DNA from: Mobula hypostoma
Taxonomy: Eukaryota
Direction: 5' to 3'
DNA length: 64,000 nucleotides
NCBI RefSeq assembly: GCF_963921235.1
Contig: NC_086097.1
Span: forward strand, 145,082,001-145,146,000
Shown here: piece by piece, positions 10,976 through 24,240 of the stretch
How positions within the stretch are numbered: the stretch's first letter is position 1
Layout: the number at the start of each line of letters is the position of its first letter
Notes under the pieces: model-generated
What the model was told of the DNA's origin: nothing
Database searches by the model: none
Seen by the model: the letters and a program-made list of their open reading frames with translations, nothing else
Program-made: the position numbers and the translations under genes

Positions 10976-13900
10976 TATGGCTACGGTGGCTGGTCACCGT
11001 ATAGCCTCCTCTATGTTTGGGACAAGCCCTCTGGGCGAAGATTCCTGGTGGACATGGGGGCGGAAATTAGTGTCCTACCCCCCTCGAGCCACGATACCCA
11101 AACTAGAAGAACAGGACCGGAACTTACGGCAGCCAACAGCAGCATCATCCGCACCTACGGCACAAGAACCATCCCCTTGCAGTTCGGTTCCAGCTGCTTT
11201 ACATGGACATTTACGCTGGCCGCAGTATCACAGCCATTGCTGAGTGCGGACTTCCTCTTCGCGCACTGCCTGCTCGTGGATTTGAAGGGACGATGATTGG
11301 TCGATGTGAAGACATTCCAGACTTCCTCCTTCAGTGAGGCCAGGTTACCGGCCCCGCACCTGGACTCCATCACTTATTCCGACAACGAGTTCGCCAGAGT
11401 GTTATCGTAGTTCCCATCTATCATCACGCCACAGTTTTCTTCAACAAATCCCAAGCACGGCATGATGCACCACATCCCCACACAGGGACCTCCCCTTCAT
11501 GCCCGGGCCCGCAGGCTACCACCCGACAAGCTCCGCCTCGCGAAGGAGGAATTCAAGATGGCGGAGATGGGGATTGTGCGGTGTTCCAACAGCCCGTGGG
11601 CCTCCCCACTCCATATGGTGCCCAAGTCCACGGGAGGGTGGAGACTGTGCGGCAACTATCGGAGGCCGAACGACGCCACCACGTCCGATCGCTATCCGGT
11701 ACCACACATCCAGGACTTTATGGCCAACCTGCACGGGGTGCGCAACTTTTCGTAGATTGACCTGGTCCGAGGGTATCATCAGATCCCAGTCCACGCAGAT
11801 GATGTACCCAAGACGGCCCTCATTACCCCCTTTGGCCTGGTCGAGTTCCTCAGGATGCCGTTCGGGCTCAAAAACACAACGCAAACGTTCCAGCGCCTGA
11901 TGGACGCAGTAGAGCGAGATCTGGACTTTTTGTTCATCTACCTGGATGACATACTTATCGCCAGCCACTCCCACCAGGAACATCTAGAACATCCACACCT
12001 GCTCTGCCGCCGCCTAAGCGACTACAGCCTGGCTATCAACCCCGCCAAGTGCCAGTTCGGCCTACCTGCCATCGACTTCTTGGGACACCGGATCGACCGC
12101 CATGGAGCTGTGCCTCTGCCGGCGAAAGTTGAAGCCATCTGCCAATTCGCCAGACCCAGCACCGTTAAAGGCCTGCAGGAATTTGTTGGGATGGTTAACT
12201 TTTATCACCGTTTCCTGCCCTCAGCGGCCTGGATCATGCAGCCCATTTTGGCTTGATGTTCGACAAGGTCAAAGAGGTCACCTGGACAGAGAAGGCGATG
12301 GCAGCTTTTGAACAAGCCAAGAACATGCTAGCAAACGCCACACTCCTGGTCCACCCACGGGTCGACGACCCCACTGCCCTCACTGTGGAGGCCTCCGACG
12401 CAGCAATTGGCGGCATGCTCGAGCAGCTCATCAAAGGCCAGTGGAAGCCATTTGCTTCTTTCAGCCGGCACCTATGACCCCCGGAACTTAAGTACAGCAC
12501 TTTCAACAGGGAGCTGCTGGCCCTGTACCTTGCCATCTGGCACTTCAGGTATTTCCTGAAGGGAGGGAGTTCACTGTCTTCACAGACCACAAACCCCTCA
12601 CTTTCGCTTTTGCTAAAGTGTCGGACCTGTGGTCGGGCCGCCAGCAACGCCACCTGTCGTACATCTCGGAGTTTACCACCACGATCAAGCACATCTTCGG
12701 GAAGAACAAAGTGGTGGCTGACGCGCTGTCACGCACCTCTGTCCAATCAGTGCACTCTCTGTCTCCGGGGGTGGATTATGCGGCGTTAGCTAAGGCACAA
12801 TGACTGGACGGTGAGATGCCGGCGTACCAAACCGCAGTCTCAGGACTCTGCCTCGAAGACATACCCATTGGGCCTGAAGGTAATGAGCCCCTTTGTGATG
12901 TGTCCACCGGGCAACCTTGGCCCAATGTCCTGACCGCTTGGAGGCGCCGCGTTTTTGATGCGTTGCACGGTTTAGCCCACCCTTCCATCAGGGCGACCAT
13001 CCGGCTGATCGCAGACAGGTTTGTGTGGCACGGCCTACACAAGCAGGTCGGGCACTGGGCCAGGACATGCACGCACCGTCAAACATCCAAAATCCAGAGG
13101 CAAGTGAGGGCCCCACTGCAACCAACACATAGGAGGTTTGAACATGTCCATGTGGACATCGTCGGCCCACTGCCGGTTTTGAGAGGAGCGAGATACCTGT
13201 TCACCATGGTGGACAGGTTCACGAGGCGGCCGGAAGCTGTCCCACTCGCTGACACGGCCGCGGAGACATGCGCCAGAGCCCTGATTACCACCTGGGTGAC
13301 ACGGTTCGGACTCCCAGCCCACGTCACTTCAGACAGGGGTGTACAGTTCACATCGGCTTTGTGGTCTGAACTGGCACAACTCCTCAGAATCCAGCTCCAC
13401 CGAACGACTGCTTACCACCCGCAGTCTAACGGCCTGGTGGAATGTTTCCACAGGCACTTGAAGTCGGCCCTGATGGCACGCCTCTGAGGGCCAGACTGGG
13501 TGGACAAACTCCCCTGGGTGCTGCTTGGTATCCACACGGCACCCAAGGAGAACCTGGCCGCATCATTGGCCGAACTGGTTCACAGTGCCCGCTCACAGTT
13601 CCCGGTGAGTTTGTGCCAGCACCCCGTGACCCGGAGAACACATCTGCTGGGGTCCTAACTAAACTCCAGGAGCGGCTTGGAACACTTGCCCCAGTCCCGA
13701 TGTCCCATCACGGAACAACACCCTCTTTCGTGCCCAAGGACCTATAACAGAGCAAGAATGTTTTCGTTCGCCGAGGTGCGCACAGACCACCCCTGCAGCG
13801 ACCATACAAGGGACTCTACAAGGTGGTGCGCCATAATGGGACGACCTGCATTCTCGACAGCAGCGGTCGTGAAGAGACTTTTACCATTCACTGTCTCAAA

Positions 13901-14010
13901 CCGGCGCATCTAGACCTTGAACGCCCGGCTGCGGTGCTAGCCCCATGACGACGTGGCCGTCCACCTAAAAGAACTGACCATGTGCAGGCTGCGGACTCTG
14001 CACCTCCTAT
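10950..14010 (+). pseudogene. pol: Gypsy pol (protease, RT, RNase H, integrase), with frameshifts and stops
   Basis: LVDMGAEIS protease, SPWASPLHMVPK, MPFGLKN, YLDD, RNase H TVEASDAAIGG, and integrase HGLAHP...HVDIVGPLP...SDRG...YHPQSNGLVE. Confidence 0.93.
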
Positions 14011-14021
14011 CGCCGGTTCTT

Positions 14022-14032
14022 GGGGGGGGGGG
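14022..14032 (+). promoter_or_regulatory. Polypurine tract
   Basis: G run directly upstream of the 3' LTR. Confidence 0.85.
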
Positions 14033-14035
14033 TCA

Positions 14036-14290
14036 TGTGGTGGCTCACCCACGCGGCAAGTGAACCGGCTCCAGCAGTCATGGGTGAGTCTGCAGCTAGC
14101 GGCAACCGAGAGGGCTCTGAGTGTGGGGCAGACCTCGGCCCAGAAGCCGACGACACTTCCGCCCCGCAAAGAGCAGGGGATGCTGAGAGCGGGCACTTAA
14201 GTGTGCGCGCTTTGAAACAGTAAACAGTTCAACCAGACCCTGCTCGACTCAGCGTGTTGCTTTCACTCATTGCGTATCAGTGCGAACACA
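14036..14290 (+). repeat. 3' LTR
   Basis: tgtggtggc...tgcgaacaca; direct repeat of 10030-10284. Confidence 0.95.
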
Positions 14291-15011
14291 ACACCTTCAT
14301 TAACTCTCTCTAAACTCAAATAGTCACAACTGATTTTGTTTACTAATAGAACAACTGGGAAATTAAGAAAGGTGTTATGGAGAAATATCCCATGTGATGT
14401 TGCCTTCTAGATAACTCATAACAGCACAGATATCCAAACTATAAATAGGAATATCTACATGCCTTCTAATAGGGTGTCTGGGAACCTCTCAAACTTGGTT
14501 CAATTTCAGAATAAAGTTATATTGCCTCTTGCAACTGTTCTCAAACCTTTTAGCTTTTATCTATCTGACACCAGAGTTGAAAAGCATCATAAATTTGAGT
14601 ACAAAAGACTATTTAGTCCATCATACCATTCAACCTTCCTATTCCATTTCCATACGCTGTTAAAACCAGTCATGAATCCTACTTCAATGGTTTTCAGAGA
14701 ATATTCTATGTTCGACTAACTCTCTGTCCTGAGACTCTGGGTGCTGACTTTAAATTAATACAATATACTACTTACATAACTACAAACACTTACTCCCGAG
14801 TATCATGCTAATAGTTTATGATCAATCTCTGCAATCAAACGTTTTTCCTTCAGATTGAGAAAATGGGCAATGCAAGTTTTTAAACAGCAGCATTGTGAAT
14901 ATACAGTATACTGAATGCCAAGAAAACACTGTTACAGGTATTTCTTAAACCCTGAAATAAATCATAGGAAATAAATTTTATTACAACATATTTTTTCACA
15001 TTTTATTATAG

Positions 15012-15056
15012 TTCTCTTTCTCTCTCTCTCTCTCTCTCTCCCTCTCTCTCTCTCTC
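15012..15056. repeat. (TC)n microsatellite
   Basis: Directly visible dinucleotide run. Confidence 0.9.
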
Positions 15057-16258
15057 CAGAAATTGACACAAATGGCAAAATGGCAAGGAAGGCTTCCTGC
15101 TTGAATTTCATCTTTTTCTCATATGGTTTACTGTAACACATCAGGAAAAAAAAACTTCAATATCCTAACTACTGTCCTAACACTGGTTCTATTCATAAAA
15201 ACTACCAGCAGCTTCAGTTACAATTTTGTCAATTTGTCAACTTGCTTAACAAATGATTTATCCAATTGTTGTTTTAGGAAGGTTGTTTTACACTACATTC
15301 ATTGATGCCATAGTGCTCAAAGAGTAGAACTTCCAGCCAGTGAGTGTTTTATGGTAATTGAAAGCTAGAACTGTCTTCGTCCGAAAGCTGTGAATATGAG
15401 ACAAAATGAGTTTATGTAAGTGAGATTGATGTATTTTTACGGCAGAGAGAGAGAGCTAATGTGAATAAATGGCGTTTAAGTGCAGGTTGTTAACAACGTA
15501 ATTGAATGATGGAATGGGCTCAAGGGACTGAGTGGCCTCGTATTCCCCTGTTTCCTTGTCTGCATGCCTAATACCACTTGTGTTCTATTCCCTTGAGTGT
15601 TATTTTAATGTAAACATTAGGCTAATTTAAAATAAATTTGCCTAATTTGCACACGGGGCCATAATATGATCATATGAAGTTTTTTTTTAAGTGACATTTC
15701 CACTCGCAAGTATGGATGCATTTTTTAATTTTTAAATTAATAAAAAATATCTGTACCACATGCTCTAGAATGAATGACCTTATTCTTGACCTAATTCTTT
15801 GAATTATACAAAAGAAAATTATTCAGAATTTAGTTTTTTTTCTGGAATATTATTTTGGCAACTAGTGATCTTTTCTGCTCTGGCTTGATCAGCAGTAAGT
15901 TGGTGTACTTTGACTGAATTTTGTTGGCAAGGAAGCAGGAGTATGTTGGCTGGTTGATTTGGCAGAATTTTTTTTCTTACGTTAGTTGTACTGAGAATTA
16001 AACTCTGTTTTATAAGACAATAGCAATCATCCATACTGGTTCGGCAGGATCTGCTGAGGAAGAAACTGAATTAATATTTTAGGCTGTTACACTTAGAGCA
16101 TAATGAGAAGATTTAAACAGCTTTTAAATCATAGTCAAGTGAGGGAAAGAGATGCTAGGGAGGGTGAGGTCTTTGATGGGACTGATAGCACAGCTAATTA
16201 CATAATAAAGTTCCTGATAGTGCAAAGTAAAATATAGTGATGAAAGGACAACTAAATA

Positions 16259-17044
16259 CACTCAGTGGCTACTTGATTAGGTACATTTTATATCCCATGC
16301 ACTTGAAGGTTTAACGTGTTGTGCGTTCAGAGATGCTCTTCTGCACACCACTGTTATAACGTAACATATGGTTATTTGAGTTACTGTCACCTTCCTATCA
16401 GGTTAAATCAGTCTGGCCATTCTCCTGTGACCTCTCTCATTAACAAGGCATTGTCACCCACAGAGCTGCCACTCACTGGACATTTTTGTACCATTCTCTG
16501 GGTGGTACGGTAGTGTAGTGGTTAGCACAATGTTTCACAGTACTAGCAACCCGGGTTCAATTCCCACCGCTGTCTGTAAAAACTTTGTACATTCTCCCAG
16601 TAACTGCATGGCTTTTCTCCAGATGCTCCAGTTTCCTCCCACAGTCCGAAGACATAGCAGTTGGTAGATTAATTGATTGTGGTAAATTGTCCAGTGATTA
16701 GGCTAGGGTTAACTCAGGGGACTGCTGGGCAGAGTGGCTCAAAGTGCCAAAAAGACTTAATCCACATTGTATCTCAATATATAAATAAATAAGTAATCCT
16801 AGGAGAGCAGCTTTTCCTGAGATACTCAAACCATCCCATCTGGCACCAATAATCATTCTGTAGTCACTTAGGTCACATTTCCTCCCCATTCTGATGTTTG
16901 GTCTGAACAACATATAAACCTCTTGACTGTGTTTGCCTGCTTTTATGCATTGAGATGTTGCAAGATGATTGGTTGATTAGATATTTGCATTAACAAGCAG
17001 ATGTTGTACTGTTGTGTTGTAGGTAACAAAGTGGCCACTGAGTG
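16259..17044. mobile_element. Non-autonomous Tc1/mariner-like DNA transposon
   Basis: TIRs cactcagtggctac / gtggccactgagtg with TA on both sides (16257-58 and 17045-46); no transposase ORF. Confidence 0.85.
16501..16793 (+). mobile_element. tRNA-derived V-domain SINE nested in the Tc1-like element
   Basis: A-box-like tagtgtagtgg, B-box ggttcaattcc, core tttcctcccacagtccgaagac and an (aaat)n tail. Confidence 0.8.
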
Positions 17045-17514
17045 TAGATAATAAAGGGTCTGGATAAGATAGAAATGATTGTGTCAGAATTGCAGAGAGA
17101 TAAGAAATAATGAAAAATCTAACGTAATGCTGTTGACGCTCCATTTTCAGGGCAAGCGGTAAATAGTCCTTCATGTTTTTGACTTGTGGCCCAGAGGAGG
17201 CGTCAGGAGGTGAATCACTCATCATTGATATCTGTACTCTTCCTGTAGCCACATTAATTAGTTTTTGGTAGATGGTAACCTTCTAAGGAATCTGTGATGA
17301 TAATGCCATTGAATTGTCAAGAGTAGGAGGGTGGACCCTATCTTGTTAAAGATGGTCATTGTCTGGCACTTTTCTGGTATCTAAATTGCTCGCCACTTAA
17401 CAGTCAATATTTGAGTATTGCCAAAGCTTTGCTGCACATGGAAAGGGTGTGAGGGATTGAAGGGCAAGACTGTTTCCTCTACCTGACAGGCAAGATAGTG
17501 GCATTGTAGGTATG

Positions 17515-17850
17515 GGCAGGTGGGTAGAGCCATTGCCCCAAAGCTCCAGCAGCCAAGGTTTAATTCTGACTTTAGCTGCTGTCTGTGTAAAGTCTGCACC
17601 TTCTTCCTAGACTGCCTGGTTTCTTCAGGTGCTCCATTTTCCTCATAAGTCCCAAAGATTTATCTGGTTGTAGGTTAGTTGAACACAGTAAATTTCTCCT
17701 GGTACATAGGTGAATGGTAGAATCTGTAGGAGGTTTGGGAATTCTGGGGTGAATAAAAATGGGTTGTGTGTAGGATTGGTGTAAATAAGTGCTTGGTGGC
17801 CAGAGCGGACTTGATAAACCTATTCTCTTGCTACTTGAGTTCATGACTCA
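17515..17850 (+). mobile_element. Degenerate V-domain SINE
   Basis: Core caggtgctccattttcctcataagtcccaaaga. Confidence 0.55.
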
Positions 17851-19439
17851 AAATTTGAAATTAACTTGAACATTATGCAACTGTCAGAGAACATCCCCAC
17901 TTCTGACATTATGTTAGCAGTTGATGGAGCAGGTGAAGAACAAAAGCAGAGAGAACTTAACTTTGCAGGTTATTATGAACTTTCCTGGAGTTCATTACGG
18001 AAAGTCAACGGAACAAATTACACTTAACTCGCTGACTTTCATGAAGGCAGGAGAATAGGGTTGAGAGGGATAATAAATCAGCCATGATGGAATGGTGGTG
18101 TACAGTAATAGAGTCATAGAGGTACAGCACAGAAACAGGCCATTCAGCCCATCAATGGGCCAACTGGCCTAATTCTGTTCTTATGTCTTATGGTCTTAAG
18201 ATCTTATGAACAAAAATAAGTAATGGTTCGTTTAATATTCAGGGAGGTTGCAACATCCAACAAGGGATGTTGATACATAAAATGTCAGTTTGGTGGTCAT
18301 GAGGGCATCTGGAAGGGCCCTCCAAAACTTTCCAAAGAATAGTAAATGTGTTCAGTGCCTACTCACACTTGCTATGTAAAAAAATACGGATTTTTTTGTT
18401 TTATCGGTCCTTATTGTCAGTCATTAACACTGGAAAAATTGAATTTATTGTTCAGCCATGCTACCCCTTGAAATGGAGTTGCTGAATCCTTCATTAAATG
18501 CTTGTGTAAGTTTGATATGATGGAACGCCTTGTTATTTCCATTTTTGTCAACAGTTAAGAGACAACCACATTTATATGAGACTGGGGTCAGATTTAGGCC
18601 AGTCTGGGGCAGGATGGCAAGTTTCCTTCCCTGGAGGATGTTAGTGAGCCAAATGCGGTTTTCGTGACAATCCAAAGATTCATTGTCACTTTCCTTTTAG
18701 TAGCTCCAGTGTTTAGATTTGGAAGGAGTCAGATGAAAATTCAGAAGTGTAAGAACTGGATCCAAGGGACCTGATGTGGCAGCTGGATCAGTATTATAAA
18801 CAGACGAGGCAAATAAGCAGAGATCACAGCATAGACGTTGACCCAATAAGCTACCCAGCAGAGGGTCAGATAGAATGCTCTTTGATGCTAAAGTCTCTTT
18901 TATTAAAAACATTCCATTAACTTGTGAATTTAAGAACTACTTATTACAAATAGCTACAGGTATTGCCTAAAACATGTTAGACTATATAAACATTGCAACA
19001 ATTCTAACAGGAAATCCAAAAGGCCTTAACGACTCCCTGAGAAAGTGTTTTAATTATAAGTAGTGTATTATTGCAATGGTAAAATCTCTACAAAAACATG
19101 AACAACTTTTTAAAACATGAAGCAGTAATGACCATTAACCACCAGCAGCAGTCAGGAAAACCAAAGAGAACTGATCTAAACGTTAGAAAATATTACAGCA
19201 TTAGAAATCATATATATATTTCACCTCTTTAAAAGTATTTCTGATCGTCAATAACAATTCAAAAACTAAGTAGTCACTGGATTACGAGGACAGCTTCTGA
19301 CTTGTCAACAGTGGAAAGGAAAGACACAGGACTTTACACAGGAACAAAATTCCTCCTCCCCTCTAAAGTACAGTTGACACAGCTGTCCATACGGAACTTC
19401 AGACTGCAATTTTAAGTTCCCAACAATATAGAAAATAAA

Positions 19440-19972
19440 ATTAGAATCAGGTTTACTGTCACTGACGTAAGTTGTAAAATGTCTCGTTTTGTGCAGGAAT
19501 AACAAATTACTGTAAGTTACAATATAAACATCTAGATAAGTCATGCAAAAGAGGAATAGCAAGGTAGAGTTCATGGACCATTTAAAAATCAGATAACAGA
19601 GGGGAAGAAAATGTCCTAAAATGCTGACTGAGTGTATTCAAGCTCCTGTACCTCCTCCTTGATGTTATTAATAAGAAGAGGGCATGTCCTGGGTAATGAG
19701 GGTCCTTGAAGATGGATGTCACCTTCTTGAGATAGAGCTTTTTGAAGATGTCAATGATGTTGGGAGAAGTTGTGCCCCTAACAGAGCTGGCTGAAGCTAC
19801 AACCTTCTGTAGCATCCTGTGCATTGGCGCCTCCATACCAGGCAATGATGCAACCAGTCAGAATTATCTCCATGGTACATCTGCTGAAATTTGCTAGAGT
19901 CTTTGGTGATATACCAAATCTCCTCAAACTCCTAATGACATACAGCAGCTGGTGTGCCGCCTTTGTGATTGA
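19440..19972 (-). mobile_element. L2/Rex1-type LINE 3' fragment
   Basis: Minus ORF 19582-19845 (SIFKDPHYPGHALFLLITSRRRYRSL) and a (ctgatt)n-type tail. Confidence 0.75.
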
Positions 19973-19974
19973 CT

Positions 19975-20695
19975 ATAAGATAATAAGACATAGGAGCAAA
20001 ATTAAGCCATTTGATCCATCAAGTCTGCTCCTCCATTCCATCATGACTGATTTATTATCCGTCTCGATCCTATTCTCCTTGTCTTCTCTCAGTAACCACT
20101 GACACCCTAATTAAGCAAGAACCTATCAACCTCTGCTTTAAGTATACTCAGTGATTTGGCCTCCAGAGCCATCTGTGAAAATGAATTCCACAGATTCACT
20201 ACCCTCTGTCAAAAGAAATTCCTCCTGATCGCTGTTCCAAATGGATGTCCCTCTTTTCTGAGGCTGTACCCTCTGGTCCAAGATACACCCACTAAATGAA
20301 ACATCCACTCTATCTTGGTCTTTCAATATTCGATAGGTTTCAGTGAGATCCCCCCTCATTCTTCCAATTTCCAGTGAGCACAGTCCCAGAGCCACCAAAC
20401 ATTCCTCACATGTTAACTCTTTCATTCCTGGAATTGTTCTCATGAACTTCCTCTGGACCCCCCCCCCAAAGCCAGCACACCTTTCCTTAGATAATAGTCT
20501 GATTCTGAATTTTCCCTCCATTTACAAAATAGTCTTCATCTTTATTCCTTCTACCAAAGTGCATTACCATACATTTTCCTACATTATATTCCAAAATATT
20601 ACATTCCATCTACCAAGTTTATGCCGATTCTCCCAATCTGGTTGAGTTCTTCTACAGACTTCCTGCTTCCTTAACACCACTTGCCCCTTCCATGT
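19975..20695 (-). mobile_element. CR1 3' fragment
   Basis: Minus ORF 20138-20521 (VQRKFMRTIPGMK...MRGDLTETYRILK) and a CR1 tail. Confidence 0.8.
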
Positions 20696-21995
20696 ATCAG
20701 AATCAGAATCAGGTTTAACATATATTGTGAAATTTGTTGTTTTGCTGCAGCAGTATATTACAATACTTAATAATAAAAACTATGAATAAAAATAAGAATT
20801 ATATTATATATTTTTTTTAAATAAATAAATAGTTCAAAAAGAGAGGAAAAAGTAGTGTGGAAGTCGGCATGGGTGCAGTTACTACTGACTCCTCAGTTAA
20901 TGAGAGGGCACCATGGTTGGGAACCCCTGTTTCTGAGGAATCACTTTTTTAAAGGTGTACTTAGTGCTGAAGAGGCTTGGTCCCATGATGAAGCTGGCTG
21001 AGTTTACAATGTTTTTCCAATCCTGTGCAGCGCCACCCCCCCCCCCCCCCGCCATATCGGACGGTGATGCCAGCAGATAGAATGATCTCTGTTGAATTTT
21101 TCAGGTGTCTTTGGTGAGATACCAAATCTCTTCAAACTTCTAATGAAATATAGCCATTGTAATGCCTTCTTTGTAGCTGCATCAATATGTTGGGCCCAGG
21201 ATAGATCTTCAGAGATGTTGACACCCAGAAACCTGAAACTGCTCACCCTTTCCACTGCTGATCCCTCGATGAGGACTGGTGTGAGTTTCATAACTTCCCC
21301 TTCCTGAATTCCATATCAATTCCTTGGTTGTGCTGACATTGAATGCGAGGTTGTTGTGACATCACTCAACCAGCTGATCTATCTCACTTCTGCAAACCTC
21401 CTCAGCAGCAACTGAAATAGTTGTGTAGTCAGCAAATTTATAGATGGTGTTTGAGCTGTGCCTAGTACTTGGGTGCACAGAGAGTAGAACAGTGGGATAA
21501 GCATTCATCCTGGTGATGCAACAGTGTTGATTGTCAGTGAGGAGGAGGTGTTATTTCTGATCCCGGTGTCCTAGTGAGGAAGTCGAGGATCAATTTGCAG
21601 AGAGGCATGCAGAAGCCCAGGTTTTGGAGTTTGATGATTGGAACTGAGTGTGTTATTGTGTTGGACGCTGAGCTGTAATCAATAAACAGCTGCCAGACGC
21701 AGGTCCAGGTGATCCAAGATCGAGCGTAGAGCCAGTGAGAAATTATCCACTGTCGACCTATTGTGATGATAGGCAAATTGCAGTGCATCCAGGTCCTTAC
21801 TTAGGCAGGCGTTCTGGCCGTGACCAGTCTCTTAAAGCATTTCATTACACTAGATTTGAATGCCACTGGGTGATAGTCATTGAGGCAGCTCTCCCTGCTC
21901 TTCTTAGGCACACGTATGATTGTCACCCTTTTGAATCATGTGCAAACCTCCGACACAGCAGTGAGAGATGGACAAGCTCCTTGAACACTCCCACC
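20696..21995 (-). mobile_element. L2/Rex1-type LINE RT fragment
   Basis: AVERVSSFRFLGVNISEDLSW, LFIDYSSASNTI and a (tgattc)n tail at about 20696-20712. Confidence 0.8.
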
Positions 21996-23785
21996 TATCT
22001 TCCTATCACCTGCAAACTTGCCCACATAGTCATCAGTTCCATCATACAAGTCATTGACATATGAAAAGAAACAGCCCTACCCCAGCACCGATCCCTTCAG
22101 AACACCACTAGTCACTGGCAGCCAGACAGCAAAGACCCCCCTTATTCCTACTCTTTGTCTCCTGCCTGAGAGTCAATCTTCATCTATTTTTTCTGTAGTA
22201 CCATAGGTGCTTTGTCATGCAAAGCAGCCTCATCGGTGGCACTTCGTCAAAGGCTTTCCCTGAAAATCCAAGTAAACAACATCCACTGACTCTCTTTCTC
22301 TATCCTGCCTGTTACTTTCTCAGATTTGTTAGGGCAGATTTCCCCTTAAAGAAACCACACAGACTTGGGCCTAGTTCATCATGTGCCTCCAGGTACCCAG
22401 AAACCTCATTTTCAATCATTGATTCCAATATCTTCCCAACCAGTGAAGTCAGGATAACTGGCCTTTAATTTCCTTTCTTCTGCGTCCTGCCATTCTGAAA
22501 GACTAGAGGGTCATTTGCAATTTTCAGTCCTCCAGAACTATTCCATAATCTAGTAATACTTGAAAGATCATTACTAATGCCTCCACAATCTCTTCAGTAA
22601 CCCCCTTCAGAAGTCTGGGGTGTTGTCCATCTGGTCCAGGTGACCTATTTACCTTCAGACCTTTCAGCTTCCCAAGCACCTTCTCCTTTGTAATGGCAAT
22701 TACACTCACTTCTGCCCAGTGACACTCTCGAATTTCTGGCATAATGTTAATGTCTTCCACAGAGAAAACCGATGTAAAATACTTGTTAAGTTTGCCTGCT
22801 ATTTCTTTGTCCCTCATTACTACCTCTCCAAAGTGATTTTCCAGCAGCCCAATATCCAGTCCAGACTCTTGTTTACTCTATATATCTGAAAAAAATACTT
22901 TTTGTATCCTCTTTTATTTTACTAGCTAGCTTTCCTTCCTGTTTCATCTTTTCTCTCCTTATTGCTATTTAGTTGTAATCTGTTGGTTTTTAAAAGCTCC
23001 TAATCCTCTAACTTCCAACTCATTTTTGCTCTATTATATATCCTTATTTCATTTTATGCTATCTTCGACTTCTGTTTGACTCTTCAGTCTGCCTTTGAGT
23101 AAGTTTAATTTTTGAAGTTACAAATACCTGCCTATATTCTCTTTCCAGAACCTCCTCTCCAGCTATCCTATGTCTTTGATACCAATATATACCAGGACTT
23201 CCAGCTGCTCTCTCTCTGCCTTTGCAATACCATGTGTCTGACCTGAGACATCCCTGTCCCTGGTAACTAGGAGGCAAAATACCATCTGTGTGTTTTTTCC
23301 ACATCCACAGAATTTCCTGTCGACTCCTCTGGCAATGGAATCCCTTGTCACTACTGAACTCCTCTTCTCCCTCCTTCCCTTCAGAGGCACAGAGCCAAGC
23401 AGTGCCAGAGACCTCACAAACAAGAGAAAAACTGCAGATGCTGGAAATCCGAGCAACACTCACAACAAAAGAACTCAGCAGGCCAGCCAGCATCTTTGGA
23501 AAAGAATACAGTCAATGTTTTGGCCCAAAACCCTTTGGCAGGACGGAGGATTACTGGCCTGCTGAGTTCCTCCAGCATTTTCAGAGTGCCAGAGACCTGT
23601 TCACTGCAGCTTCTCCTGGTAGGGTTTATTGAGGGGAATAGCCACAGGGGTCCTCTGCACTGGCTGCCTGTTCTCTTGCTCTCTCCTGATAGTCACCCGG
23701 GTACCTGCCTCCTGCAACTTAAGGGAGACTACCTGTAGCTTCTACCTATCAACTCCTCATTGTCCCATATCAGCTGAAGATCAAA
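21996..23785 (-). mobile_element. CR1 remnant covering ORF1 esterase and ORF2 pieces
   Basis: ORF 22524-22817 (LNKYFTSVF...RSPGPDGQHPRLLK) and ORF 23163-23459 (RDSIARGVDRKFCG...MVFCL, SGNH esterase-like). Confidence 0.8.
23415..23584. mobile_element. Mini Penelope-tail insertion with 14-bp TSD
   Basis: agtgccagagacct at 23401-23414 and 23585-23598; the insert is an inverted pair of PLE tail sequence. Confidence 0.75.
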
Positions 23786-23786
23786 G

Positions 23787-24240
23787 GTTTCAAAGGTTTT
23801 ATAGGTACATTTAATGTCAGAGAAATGTGTACAATATACATCCTGAAATACTGTTTCTTCACAACCATCCCCAAAAACAGAGAAGTGCCCCAAAGAATGA
23901 ATGACAGTTAAATGTTAGAACCGCACAGGCACCCAGCTCCCTCTCCCATGCGTAAGCAGCAGCAAAGCAATGACCCCCTTCCCCACCAGCAAAAAAAGCA
24001 TCAGTGCCCCACACTGAGCACTCAAGCGTGCAGCAAAGCATCAATAAAGACACAAACTTGCAGTACCCTAAAGACTACTCATTCACCTGGTAATTCAACA
24101 TACCACAGGCTCTCTCTCTCTCTCCCTAATAAGGGAAAAAGAGATGTCTCCGTTTCACAGCGAGAGGGAAGATATAACAAACAACTCACTGATTTGTGAT
24201 GTTAGAAGTCGATTGTGTCACTTTTTCTGAGCTCAATCCG
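23787..24240 (-). mobile_element. Non-coding LINE-tail family element (related to 31920-32560)
   Basis: About 300 bp of similarity with 31920-32250 (atttaatgtcagagaaatg...ctcattcacctggtaattc). Confidence 0.65.

Larger units (their letters stand above)
10030..14290 (+). mobile_element. Full-length Ty3/Gypsy LTR retrotransposon, CsRN1-like lineage (disabled)
   Basis: Two 255-bp TG...CA LTRs, tRNA-Trp PBS, G-run PPT, 4-bp TSD (acgc/acac) and gag-PR-RT-RH-IN order. Confidence 0.96.

Noticed and set aside
16501..16572. tRNA gene
   Set aside because: It has A/B boxes but no full cloverleaf, and continues into a SINE core and tail.
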